Shown here piece by piece: positions 8,491 through 19,384 of a stretch of DNA of 64,000 nucleotides. The position numbers and the translations under genes are program-made. A model generated the notes under the pieces. The model searched no databases, had not been told where the DNA came from, and worked only from the letters and a program-made list of their open reading frames with translations. Origin of the DNA: an uncultured Verrucomicrobiae bacterium (lineage in GTDB: Bacteria > Verrucomicrobiota > Verrucomicrobiia > Limisphaerales > UBA11358); assembly GCA_963754775.1 (NCBI GenBank), contig CAVWHM010000028.1:16448-80447 (forward strand). The letters are read 5' to 3'. How positions within the stretch are numbered: the first letter of the stretch is position 1; each line of letters starts with the position of its first letter.

Positions 8491-9961
8491 ATGATTGATT
8501 CCGTTTCCGAAGCCGCCGGCGCAGCGGCGGATTTAAAAAAGGCGCGACGACAAAAGGCGGCTCGCGCGGACGCTCGCCCCACCGTTGACCGGCTGCCGCC
8601 ACATTCGCCGGAAGGTGAGCAGGGGGTCCTGGGTTGCGTGCTGCTTTCTCCGAATGAGTGCATGGGCGAGTGCATCGAAAAGCTCAGGGATGGCAGAGAG
8701 GTGTTCTATGACCTGCGGCACCAGACGATATTCGAAACGCTCGTGGCGATGTACGACGCGCGCGCGGCGATTGATGTCATCACGCTCCAGCAGCGGCTCA
8801 AGGACAAACAACTTCTGGAGCAGGTCGGGGGCATTGCCTATCTCTCGCAACTTCAGGACGCGGTGCCGAGCGCGGCGAATCTGAGTTATTACCTCGACAT
8901 CGTGCGGGAAAAATTCCTGCTGCGGAAAATGATCCAGACCTGCACGGACGTGGTCGGGCGGGTTTATGATTATGAAGGCGAGGTGGACGCGCTGATGGAC
9001 GAGGTGGAGCGCGACGTTTTGCGCATCAGCGAATCGCGCGTGCAGGGCGGCCTCGTGACCACCAAGGAACTGGTGGGCAAGGCGATCGGAACGATTGAAA
9101 ATTATTTCAGCCGCAAGGGCACCCTGAACGGGCTGGCCACGGGCTTCGCGGACCTGGACCGGATGACGGACGGTCTGCATGGCAGCGAAATGATCGTGAT
9201 CGCGGCGCGGCCCAGCATGGGCAAAACATCCATCGCCATGAACATCATCGAGCACGTCGTGTTGGAGCAAAAATTGCCGGCGGCCGTGTTCAGCCTGGAA
9301 ATGAGCGCGGAGGCGCTGGTGTTGCGCATGATGTGCTCGTTGGCGCGCGTGAATTTGCGGAGCATCCGGGAGGGATTCATGAGCGAGGCCGATTTCCCGA
9401 AGCTGACGGGCGCGGCGGGCCGGCTGGCGAACGCCCCGCTGTTCATTGACGATTCGGCGGCGCTTTCGATTTTGCAGTTGCGGGCGCGCGCCCGGCGGCT
9501 GCGCGCAGCAGCACGGCATCAAACTTTTTGTGGTTGATTATTTGCAGTTGTTGCATTCTACTGCGCGGCGAGCACAGGAAAACCGGCAGCAGGAAATTTC
9601 GGACATTTCCAGCGGCATCAAGGCGCTGGCGAAAGAATTGAAGGTGCCGATGCTGGTGCTCAGCCAGTTGAACCGCGAACTGGAACGGGACAAAAACCGC
9701 AAGCCGCGATTGTCGGATTTGCGCGAATCGGGCGCGATTGAACAGGACGCCGACGTGGTCGGGCTGCTGTATAAACCGAACGCCGGCGAGGATGACGACA
9801 GTGTCACCGCCGAAGAGCCGGAAGGTTTGCCGGTAAACCTGTTGATTGCCAAACAGCGCAACGGCCCGACGGGCGACGTGAATTTAACATTCTTGAAACC
9901 ATACACGCGATTTGAAAGCGCAGCCAAAGTCAGCGACGAAGACGTGCCGATGGACCGGTAG
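8491..9961 (+). CDS. dnaB: replicative DNA helicase DnaB; apparent frameshift at ~9501-9506
   Basis: ORFs 8491-9537 and 9446-9961 together give full DnaB: Walker A AARPSMGKT, then ...LRARARRL | QQHGIKLFVVDYLQLL..., then RNGPTG. Confidence 0.9.
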
Positions 9962-9964
9962 CCG

Positions 9965-12479
9965 ATGAAATTATTTCTCCGCCTTTTCGGAATCTGGCTG
10001 TTGCTCGGCTGCGCGTCCACCGCGTGGTCGCAAACGACCGGGCCGAAAATTGATCGCGTGGATGTGAAATTTGTCGGTCCCGCGTCGGTCAGCGAGCCGT
10101 TCATCCGCGCCAACATCCGCCTCAAGGCCGGGGACATCTACCGTCCGAACAACACGGAGGACGACGTTCACGCGCTCTACGCCACGGGACAATTTTACAA
10201 CATCCGCGTCACGGTGGACCCGGCGGAGGACGGCGGCGTGATTTTGACCTACCTCGTGCAGGCGCGCCCGCGGATCTCGGAAATCAAACTGGAGGGCAAC
10301 AAAAAGCTGACCGACTCAAAACTCCGGAAGAAGATCACCGTGAAGGTTGGCGATCCGCTGGACGAACAGAAATTGTTCACCGACGTGCAGGAGATGCAAA
10401 AACTCTACGAGAAATACGGCCACCCGGACACGCAGGTGAAATACGTCCTGAACATTGACGAAAATGCCGGGCGCGGCTCGGTCACGTTTGAAATCACCGA
10501 AAGTCCAAAAGTCAAAATCATGCGCGTCGAGTTCCCTGGCGCGGCGGCGTTTTCGCAGAAGGAACTGCGCAAGCAGCTCAAGACCCGGCAACGCTGGATG
10601 TGGTCGTGGCTGACCGGCCGGGGAACGTTCAAGCAGGATGATTTCGATGCCGACCGCGATGAGTTGGTGGATTTTTACCGCGATCACGGGTATCTCGATT
10701 TCGAGATCAAGGACGTGAAGCTCGATCGCCCCACAACGAACACCATGGTCATCCAGTTTTACGTCTTTGAAGGGCGGCAATACCGGGCGGGCGCCATCAC
10801 CTTCGGCGACACGACGATGTTTCCCACCAACGCAGTGAGTCCCGCCTTCAATCCGGGGCCGGAGCCCAGGCCCAAAACCAGTCCGGCCTATGCCGCGTGG
10901 TTGAGAAACCGGAAACTGAACAAGGACTTCACGATGAAAACCGGCAGCATCTTCACGCCCGACGGCCTGACCAAGGACACCAAGGCCGTGGAAGATTTTT
11001 ACGGCAGCCAGGGCTATATCGAAGTCGCGCAGGGCCAGGCGCTGCGCGTCGCGCGCATTCCCAACGTGGACGCCGGGACCATGGACCTGGAATTTCTGGT
11101 GGATGAGGGACAAAAATCCTACGTGGAAAAAATCGAGATTCGCGGCAACTTGAAGACAAAGGACAAGGTCATCCGCCGCGAACTGGCCATCTCGCCCGGT
11201 GAAGTTTTTGACATGGTGCGCGTCGAAACCAGCAAGCAACGCCTCGAAAATTTGCAATACTTCGACAAGGTGGACATGCGGCCGGAGCCGACCGACCCGC
11301 CGATTGCCGGACGCAAAAACCTGATTGTAAACGTCGAGGAGGAAAACACCGGCAAGTTCACGTTCGGCGCGGGCTTCAGTTCGGTGGACGCGCTCGTCGG
11401 CTATGCCGAACTGGACCAGGGCAACTTTGATTTGTTCCACGCGCCAACCTTCACCGGCGGCGGCCAGAAATTCCGCCTGTTCGTGCAATTGGGCACAGTG
11501 CGGCAGGACTATGAACTTTCCTTCGTCGAACCGTGGTTTCTCAACCGCAAACTTTCGCTGGGCGTGGACCTCTACCGCCACCAACTGGACTTCGAAAGCC
11601 CAAACAACATCTATGACGAAAGCCGCACCGGCATGAAGTTGAGCCTCACCCGCGCCTTGGGGAGCGATTTCCTCATCGGCAGCGTCAGCTACACGATTGA
11701 AGACGTGGGCATTTCGCTGAATGACGGTTGGCATGGCGAAGAGATGATTAACGTCCCGAATCCGCCACCCATCCTTCCACATATACACGACAACGGTGTT
11801 GCCCAACGTACCCGATGCCATTCTGGATGAAATCGGCGATCATTTTTATCAACGTTTTGGCGCGTCGCTGGCTTACGACACGCGCAACAGCACAAAATTG
11901 CCGAATCACGGCCAGCGCAGCGAAATTGACACCGAACTCAGCGTCGGCGACTCGACCTTTTACAAAGTCGAGGCCAAAACCGCCTGGTATTTTCCCGGTT
12001 TCTTCAAAGGCCACGTGCTTGAAGCCGTTGGACGCGCCGGTATCGCCGACAGCCTGGGTTCCGGCGACGTGCCATTCTACGACCGCTACTATCTCGGCGG
12101 CCTCTACTCGCTGCGCGGTTTCAAATACCGGAACATCGGCCCGCGCGACCCAACGTATGGCATCAATTCCTTGATGCCCGACGAGCCGATTGGCGGCGAC
12201 AGCTACTGGTTTGGTTCGCTGGAATACAGCATCCCCATTCTGGAAAAGGAAAACGGTGTTGGCGTGCGCTTCGCCTTGTTTTACGACGCCGGTGCGGTTG
12301 GCGCCGGACCTTACTCGTTTTCGGGAAATTTTGATGACAACTGGGGACTCGGCTTCCATCTGAACATTCCGCATCTCGGTCCGTTGCGGCTTGAGTATGG
12401 CGTGCCGATACACCATGATCAATACAACGGCGGTGGCGGCCAATTCCAATTCGGTGTCGGTTGGACCCGTGAATTTTAA
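9965..12479 (+). CDS. bamA: outer membrane protein assembly factor BamA; apparent frameshift near 11760-11800
   Basis: Signal peptide and POTRA repeats (IDRVDVKFVG..., ISEIKLEGNKK..., VEKIEIRGNLKTKDKVIRREL). The beta-barrel continues in ORF 11796-12479 and ends in GVGWTREF. Confidence 0.9.
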
Positions 12480-12480
12480 G

Positions 12481-15400
12481 ATGACTCGTCACGCAAAAAA
12501 AATCATAAACGCCGGCCTCGCCATCGGCTTGGTGTCGCTGGCCGCAATGGCGCAAACGGCGACGCCGTTTGGCGGCATGCCGCTTTATTTTGAATCCAAC
12601 CGCGGACAGGCCGGCGCTTCGGCCCAATTCCTCGCGCGCGGATGCGATTCCCAATTCCTGATTTCGCCGGCCGAAGCGCAAATCGTCCTGTGCAAAGCAG
12701 CGGCCGAACCCGCGACGGTGCGAATGCAATTCATTGGCGCAAACCCACAGGCGCAAATTCGCGGGGATGCCGCATTGTCCGGCAAAATCAATTACCTCAC
12801 CGGCAACGACCCCGCGCAATGGCGTACCGGCGTGCCGACCTTCGCCAAAGTGCGCGTGGATGGAATTTATCCCGGCATTGGTTTGGTTTATTACGGCAAT
12901 CAGCAACAGCTTGAATACGATTTCGAAGTCACGCCGGGCGCAAATCCGGACGCCGTCAGGATTCATTTCACCGGGCCGGACAAAATAGCCGTCAATGCGC
13001 AGGGCGAACTGGTTTTGACTTTGAATGGCAGTGAAATCCGCCAGCCCAAGCCGGTGATGTATCAGATGGTGAATGGCGCGCGTCTTGAAATCAGCGGCGG
13101 CTATCGGCTGGTGGATGCGCACAACCTTGCCTTTGCCGTCGGCAGCTACAACCCCGGTCTGCCGCTGGTGATTGACCCGATTTTGAGCTACTCAACTTAT
13201 TTCGGCGGCAATATGGGTGAAATCGCCTGGTCCGGTGAAGGTGGACACAAATGAGATTTATTTACATCGCGGGCCAGACGCTTCTCGCCGCAATTCACGA
13301 ACTGGCCGATTCCACCAGGCGCTTATCAGACAAATTTCAACGGCGGCACCTTGAGCGGCGATGCGTTTGTGGCCAAGTTTGACAGTCTTGGAACGAATCT
13401 CATTTACTTCACCTATCTCGGCGGCAGCGCCGATGATAGTGCGGTGGATTTGGTGGTGGATGGGGCAGGCCATGCCTACGTTACAGGTTTTACGGCCTCC
13501 ACGAATTTTCCCGTTCGTAATGCGCTTTATCCGAAGATTGCCGGAACAAACATGGTCAGCAACGGCCACAGCTTTGGTTACAATGCCGATGCTTTTGTCA
13601 CGGAACTTGAAACCAATGGTGCCGCACTGGTCTATTCGACCTACCTCGGTGGCAGCGGGCTTGATAATGGTAGAGGCATCGCCGTGGATGCAGCGGGCAA
13701 CGCTTACATCACCGGCCGCACCTGCTCCACCAATTTCCCGACGACGACCAATGCGTATCAACTTCATCTGGCCTGTTCCAATTCCGTTTTCTTCGGCAAC
13801 GCGTTCGTGACCGAAATTTCCGCCGGCGGCTCGAATCTGATTTATTCCAGTTACCTTGGCGGCACCAACTATGACAGTGGCGGGGGCATCACCGTGGATC
13901 CGGTGGGCTATGTTTACGTTGCCGGGGCTACTGCCTCGACCAATTTCCCCACGTTCCCAACGGCGACCCCGTTGTTCCGATACTTGAATGGATATACGAA
14001 CGGTTCGCCAAACCAGCCTTTCACGTTCGATGCCTTCGTCGCCAAATTCATGCCTTCCTGCACCAACCTGGTGTATTCAACCTATCTCGGCGGTTCAAAC
14101 TACGATGTCGCATCGCGCATCACCTGCGACGCGGTCGGCGATGCCTATGTGATCGGCTCAACCGCATCGCTACTCTTCACCAACACCGTAAGCACAAATA
14201 TCATTGTCAATCACCTCACCAACAACTTGAACCTTTTCTTTCCCGTCACCACCAACGTCTTCCTGACGGAAATCAATTCCAACGGCACGGCGATTCTGAA
14301 TTCTGCCGTCTTTGGCGGTAATCAGATGGATTTGGGTTATGGCTTGGCGCTGGATCCGGCGGGCAATATTTTTGTCGTGGGCACCACCATTTCGACCAAT
14401 TTCCCGGTCACCACGAACAACCTCTTCGGTTTTCTCCGCGCGACCAACTCCGGCGGCAGCGACGTGTTCGTCATCGCGTTCAGCAACAATTTCTCCGGCG
14501 TGCTCTACTCCGCTTATCTTGGCGGCTCGGGCGACGATTTCGGTTACGGCATCGCTTTGGACCCGGCGGGCAATGCCTATATCGTCGGCCAGACCCTTTC
14601 CACGAATTTCCCGACGATCAATGCCCGCCAAACCACGCGCAACGGCACGAACGACGCCTTCCTGGCCAAAATCATATTGACGGTGCTGCCGCCGGTGATC
14701 ACGGTGTCGCCGACGAACCAGACGGTGGGGGTGGATTCGAATGCGACTTTCAGCGTGACCGTGACCGGGACGCCGCCTTTCTTTTATCAATGGCAGGAAG
14801 ATGGGACAAACCTGACGGATGGGACAACCATCAGTGGTTCAACCATCAGTGGCTCAACCAGCGCCACGCTGACCATCTTCAATGCGCAGACGAACGATAG
14901 TGGGAACTATTCGGTCATCGTCACGAACTTCGCTGGATCGGTGACCAGTTCCGCTGCCAGCTTGACAGTGACGTATTTCCCGCCATATCTCACGGTGCAA
15001 CCGACGAACCAGACGGTTGGGGTGGGTTCGACCGTGACTTTCATCATCGACGGGTACGCGGCGCCGCCCTTCTCTCTTCAATGGCAGAAAAACGGGATAG
15101 ACCTGACGGATGGGACAAACATCAGTGGTTCAATCATCAGTGGTTCAACCAACAACCCGCTGACAATCACGCAACGTGCAGACGAACGACGACGGAGGCT
15201 ACTCGATCATCGTCACGAACTACGGGGGATCGGTGACCAGTTCCATTGCCATCCTGACGGTGGTGACCGGCGCCTCTTTTCGGGAGCATCATGGCTGCAG
15301 GTGGCACCAGTTTCATATTGAGCGGTATTGGCGGCACGAACAACGGCACTTATTACGTGCTGACCACCACGAATCTGACGGTGCCGCTGGACCAACTGGA

Positions 15401-15504
15401 CGCCCATTGCGACCAATCAATTTGACGGCCTCGGCGGTTTCATTTTTACCAATACCGCGCAAACCAACGCGCCGCAACAGTTCTATATCCTGCAACAACC
15501 GTGA
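12481..15504 (+). CDS. large secreted beta-propeller (SBBP-repeat) protein with two Ig-like modules and a conserved C-terminal tail; at least 6 frame disruptions
   Basis: Signal peptide AIGLVSLAAMAQT. Repeated YSTYLGGS..D.G.GIAVD.AGNAY(I/V)TG.T.STNFPT modules. Two ~95-aa modules (PTNQTVGV...YS(V/I)IVTN..GSVTSS). Pieces are ORFs 12391-13254, 13351-15321 and 15176-..., plus a frame ending FDGLGGFIFTNTAQTNAPQQFYILQQP* at 15502-15504. Confidence 0.75.
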
Positions 15505-15572
15505 TTGCCGCACCGGTTTCAACCCGCCAGTTTTCAGTTGGCGTCAGCCGCGAATTCTGTTTTCCTGTTCCC

Positions 15573-16214
15573 ATGAAAATGTTGCGAACCACAATTTTGA
15601 CGTTTCTGTTGCTGGCCGTTTTGAGCGTACCGGCGATGGCGCAAACCAAAATCGCCAGCGTGGACATGGAAAAGATCTTCAAGGGTTATTGGAAAACCAA
15701 GCAGGCCGAGGTGGCGCTCAACAAGCGCATCGCCGACCTCCAGAAGGAAATCAAGGACATGGCGGACGGTTTGGACAAGGCACAGGCCGATTACAGCCAG
15801 CTTTTGGACCAGGCCAACGACCAGGCCCTTTCTACCGACGAGCGCGGAAAACGCCGGCAAGCTGCCGCCGACAAACTCAAGGAAATCAACAGCTCCAAAG
15901 CCGCCATTGATCAATTCAACCGTCAAGCGCAATCCCAGGTGCTTGACCAAAGGCAACGGATGACCGCCAACCTCGTCAGCGAAATCCAAAAGGCCGTTGG
16001 CGACAAGGCCAAGGCCAGCGGTTACACGCTGGTGGTCAATTCCGCGGTGACGGATGCGGTCGTTTACAGCAGCGGCGATGATTTGACCGATGCCGTGCTC
16101 AAACAGCTTAACGCCGGCGCGCCGATTGACGTGGTCCAGCCGTCCGAGGTGGCGCCCATAACAACATTGTTGAGTTCCACCAACAATCCGGTCCTCGATC
16201 TCAACTCGCACTGA
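15573..16214 (+). CDS. skp: OmpH/Skp-family periplasmic chaperone
   Basis: Signal peptide [23 protein letters not shown] followed by a coiled-coil K/Q/A-rich body ([21 protein letters not shown]). Position downstream of bamA fits. Confidence 0.8.
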   Translation: MKMLRTTILTFLLLAVLSVPAMAQTKIASVDMEKIFKGYWKTKQAEVALNKRIADLQKEIKDMADGLDKAQADYSQLLDQANDQALSTDERGKRRQAAADKLKEINSSKAAIDQFNRQAQSQVLDQRQRMTANLVSEIQKAVGDKAKASGYTLVVNSAVTDAVVYSSGDDLTDAVLKQLNAGAPIDVVQPSEVAPITTLLSSTNNPVLDLNSH

Positions 16215-17382
16215 GGCGCTGAACCGGCTGCTCAAACAACATCCGGTGCGCGTCCTCCAGAATTCCCGGGATGCGCCCGGCGAACGGGCTGTGCCGCAGC
16301 GCCGTTCGTAAATCCAGTTCGCGCACCTTCGCCGCGTTCTGGCCGGGAAACCAATGGTCCGCCTGGCCGAGCAGGTTGTACCGCATCTTGCCCCAGGCCA
16401 CGAGGTCGAGCGATTTCGCGTAAGTCCACAGCCGCACGATTTCGGAAACGTTGATTTCACCGGGCACGTCCACGTAATTCGGCAGGCCTTCAAACCACCG
16501 CGCGCACCAATCCGCGCCGAGCACGCGCTCCATTTCCGCGCGCAACCGTTTTTCAACCGGCGCAATGGTTTCCGGGATTTTGTCGTAAAACCGCAGCGCG
16601 CGAACGTGCTCGTCAAAATCGCCCGGTTTGTTGGCGCCGCAGCTCAAGGTGTGGACTTCCGGGCGCGCGAGGCAGTAGAGGTCGTTGAATTCCATCGGTG
16701 TCAGCGGCGCGCAAAGTTCGACCAGTTTTGGCGGCGGTTCGTAAAGTTTGCCGCCCTTGTCGTTCGGGCTGATGATGAACACGCCCAGGTCGAGCCGGTG
16801 CGCCGCTTCAATCGCCGCCCGGTTCAGGTCATTCACGAAATACCAGTGGACGTTGCAGTAATCGAATTCGCCGCTGTTCACCGTTTCGAGGATGACGTCG
16901 GTCGTCGCGTGGGTGGAAAACCCGATGAACCGCACGCGCCCGTCCTTTTGCAGCTTGCGCGCCGCGGCGAGACAGCCGTTTTTCTTCAGCGACCAGTCCA
17001 GCAATTCGCGGTTGTTGATGCCGTGCAACGAGAACAAATCCACGTGGTCGAGCTTCAGGTATTTCATCGAAGTCTCAAAGGTCTCGAGAAATTCCTTCGG
17101 CGTGGCCTTCGGCGAGACCTTGGTCTGGACGATGATTTTGTCGCGCGGCAATTGGGGCAGCACGTTGCCGAGCTGCATTTCGGACGTGCCATAGCCGCGC
17201 GCGGTTTCAATGTGGTTGATGCCCAGCTCGAACGCGCGGTGGATGCAGGCCTCGAGATTTTTCTGGTTGTCCGCCGGGATTTCCTTCGGGTCCGCATCCT
17301 GCCACTTGAATTGATACCGCATCCCGCCGCAGGAAATCACCGGCATTTTCAATTCCGTCCGCCCAAAACGACGATATTTCAT
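16201..17382 (-). CDS. aldo/keto reductase family oxidoreductase
   Basis: [21 protein letters not shown]..., [15 protein letters not shown] and [10 protein letters not shown] motifs; 393 aa. Confidence 0.85.
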   Translation of the reverse strand: MKYRRFGRTELKMPVISCGGMRYQFKWQDADPKEIPADNQKNLEACIHRAFELGINHIETARGYGTSEMQLGNVLPQLPRDKIIVQTKVSPKATPKEFLETFETSMKYLKLDHVDLFSLHGINNRELLDWSLKKNGCLAAARKLQKDGRVRFIGFSTHATTDVILETVNSGEFDYCNVHWYFVNDLNRAAIEAAHRLDLGVFIISPNDKGGKLYEPPPKLVELCAPLTPMEFNDLYCLARPEVHTLSCGANKPGDFDEHVRALRFYDKIPETIAPVEKRLRAEMERVLGADWCARWFEGLPNYVDVPGEINVSEIVRLWTYAKSLDLVAWGKMRYNLLGQADHWFPGQNAAKVRELDLRTALRHSPFAGRIPGILEDAHRMLFEQPVQRLSAS

Positions 17383-17458
17383 CGCGGCGAAAATAGGTCA
17401 CGCATCCGCGAATGGCAAGCGGCCGGGCCGGTTCGAAGTCAAAATTCAAAAATCGCGC

Positions 17459-17487
17459 TTGCCTCCACGCGCGCGGCCATCTATATT
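17459..17487 (+). promoter_or_regulatory. sigma70-like promoter candidate for rpmI-rplT(-pheST)
   Basis: TTGCCT (17459-17464), a 17-nt spacer, then TATATT (17482-17487), ~26 nt upstream of the rpmI ATG. Confidence 0.45.
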
Positions 17488-17513
17488 CCACGCTCTTTTG
17501 CAATAACGATTTT

Positions 17514-17723
17514 ATGCGACGTCCCAAAGGCATCAAAACCAGAAAGTCCGTGGCCAAGCGTTTTAAGATTACCGCTGGCGGAAAGGTCCTGCGCTCGAGC
17601 GCCGGCCGCCGCCACCTGGCCCAGAGCAAAAACCCAAAGCGCCGCCGTTCCCTCCGCGGCTTGACCGGTGTGGATCCCACCGACGTTTATCGCATCACGC
17701 AAAACCTGCCGTTCAGCCGCTAA
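17514..17723 (+). CDS. rpmI: 50S ribosomal protein L35
   Basis: MRRPKGIKTRKSVAKRFKITAGGKVLRSSAGRRH..., 69 aa. Confidence 0.95.
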   Translation: MRRPKGIKTRKSVAKRFKITAGGKVLRSSAGRRHLAQSKNPKRRRSLRGLTGVDPTDVYRITQNLPFSR

Positions 17724-17763
17724 CATCCCGGACCCCAGACGCCAGAACCCAGCTCCCAATTTT

Positions 17764-18147
17764 ATGCGTGTTACCAACGCCCCAGCCTCCCGCAAACGCC
17801 GCACCCGGATGATCCCCGCCGCCAAAGGCTACCGGATGCGCCGCTCGAAACTTTACCGCTACGCTTCCGACGCCGTTGACCACGGCCGCCAGTACGCCTA
17901 CCGCGATCGCCGCCGCAAAAAGCGCACGTTCCGTTATCTCTGGCAAATTCGCATCAACGCCGCGACCCGCGCCGCCGGCCTCACTTACAGCCGGTTCATG
18001 GAAGGCCTGAAGGCCGCCAAATGCGCGCTCGACCGCAAGGTGCTGGCCGATCTCGCCGCGACTGACGCCGCTGCTTTCAACGAATTGATCAACGTTGCCA
18101 AAAGCGCGCTTAAGGCCAAACCCGCCGCCACGCTGGCGAAGGCGTAA
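17764..18147 (+). CDS. rplT: 50S ribosomal protein L20
   Basis: ...AKGYRMRRSKLYRYA...YAYRDRRRKKRTFRYLWQIRINAATRAAGLTYSRFMEGL... Confidence 0.95.
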   Translation: MRVTNAPASRKRRTRMIPAAKGYRMRRSKLYRYASDAVDHGRQYAYRDRRRKKRTFRYLWQIRINAATRAAGLTYSRFMEGLKAAKCALDRKVLADLAATDAAAFNELINVAKSALKAKPAATLAKA

Positions 18148-18170
18148 AAGTCCCTGGTTTTCAGGTTCAA

Positions 18171-18208
18171 GCGGGCGACCAGAAAATGGCTCGCCCGTTT
18201 TTCTTTTG
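18171..18208 (+). terminator. rho-independent terminator candidate after rplT
   Basis: CGGGCGA (18172-18178) pairs with TCGCCCG (18191-18197), followed by TTTTTCTTTT. Confidence 0.5.
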
Positions 18209-18310
18209 GTGGGGCGAGCGCCTGTCGCGCCGTAGCCCGGCGAAGGCTGATCCCCGGGAGCCGGATTTTTCTTTGTGACTTTTGCGCCTTTTTGCGGCTA
18301 AAATCCAGGC

Positions 18311-19373
18311 ATGTCTTTGCTGAACGACATTGAACCCCTCAAACAAGCCGCGCTCGCGGATTTGAAAGCTGCTCCCGACCTCGCCGCGCTCGAACAGGCC
18401 AAAGGCAACTGGATCGGCGCCCACGGCAAGTTCACCGCGCTCATGAAACAGCTCGGCACGCTGTCCAAGGAGGAAAAGCCCGCCGCCGGCAAAGCCATCA
18501 ATGCCGCCAAAATCGAACTCGAAGCCGCGCTGGCCGAACGCCGCTCCGAACTCGAACTGGCGGCTGCGCTGCCGAAGGAACCGACCGATTTCACGTTGCC
18601 CGGACGCCGCCGCGCGCTCGGCAAACTCCATCCGCTCACGCAGGTGACCGAGGACATCGTCCGCAGCTTCCGCAAAATCGGCTTTGTCGTCGCCGACGGC
18701 CCGGAGATCGAGGACGAATATCATTGTTTCGACGCGCTCAACACCCCCGCCGACCATCCGGCTCGCGACACCCAGGACACGTTTTATTTGGCAAACTCCG
18801 GCCGCCGGTAGCGTGGCGCAGCGTCCGCGGCAGCGCCGGGTGAGGGTCGATCGGCGAGACGCCTTGCTTCTCCGCACCCACACCTCCTCCGTCCAAATCC
18901 GCGTGATGAAATCGCAGCCGCCGCCGGTGCGCATCATCGTGCCGGGCCGCGTCTATCGCCGCGACAACGCCGACGCCACGCACAACCCGACCTTCCAGCA
19001 AATCGAAGGACTTTACGTGGACAAAAACGTCACCGTCGGCGATTTGAAGGGCACGGTCGAATTTGTCTTCAAGGAATTGCTCGGCGAGGAGACGAAAATC
19101 CGGTTCCGTCCGCATTATTTCAGTTACACCGAGCCGAGCTTCGAGATTGATTTCAGCAACGCGCTCGTGAAAAAGCTGGGCAAGGACTGGCTGGAGATTG
19201 CCGGGTGCGGCATGGTGCATCCGCAGGTGTTCGAGAACGTCGGCTACGACCCCGAAGTCTGGACCGGCTGGGCGTTCGGCTTCGGCATCGAGCGCATCGC
19301 CATGATCCGCTATGGCATCAACGACATCCGCCTCTTTTACGAAAATGACGTGCGGTTTTTGAAACAATTTTGA
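18311..19373 (+). CDS. pheS: phenylalanine--tRNA ligase alpha subunit; interrupted by a 70-nt GC-rich insertion carrying a stop/frameshift
   Basis: ORF 18311-18811 ends right after DTFYL. ORF 18684-19373 carries [13 protein letters not shown]...FQQIEGL...[11 protein letters not shown]...GCGMVHP...[13 protein letters not shown]. Confidence 0.9.
18791..18860. repeat. GC-rich insertion inside pheS between the DTFY and LLRTHTS motifs
   Basis: 70 nt (not a multiple of 3) containing TAG at 18809-18811 in the upstream frame. A second frame stays open ([23 protein letters not shown]). Confidence 0.6.
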
Positions 19374-19384
19374 TTTCGAGCCCC

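Noticed and set aside
10316-11821. 501-aa ORF antisense to bamA
   Set aside because: The composition is low-complexity and R/A/G/H-rich, typical of shadow ORFs in GC-rich DNA. The opposite strand encodes a clearly conserved BamA.
16354-17664. 436-aa ORF antisense to the aldo/keto reductase gene; similar cases at 47396-48592, 38775-39353 and 8533-9522
   Set aside because: The reasoning is the same: the opposite strand carries recognisable conserved proteins, and these ORFs have arginine/alanine-rich nonsense composition.
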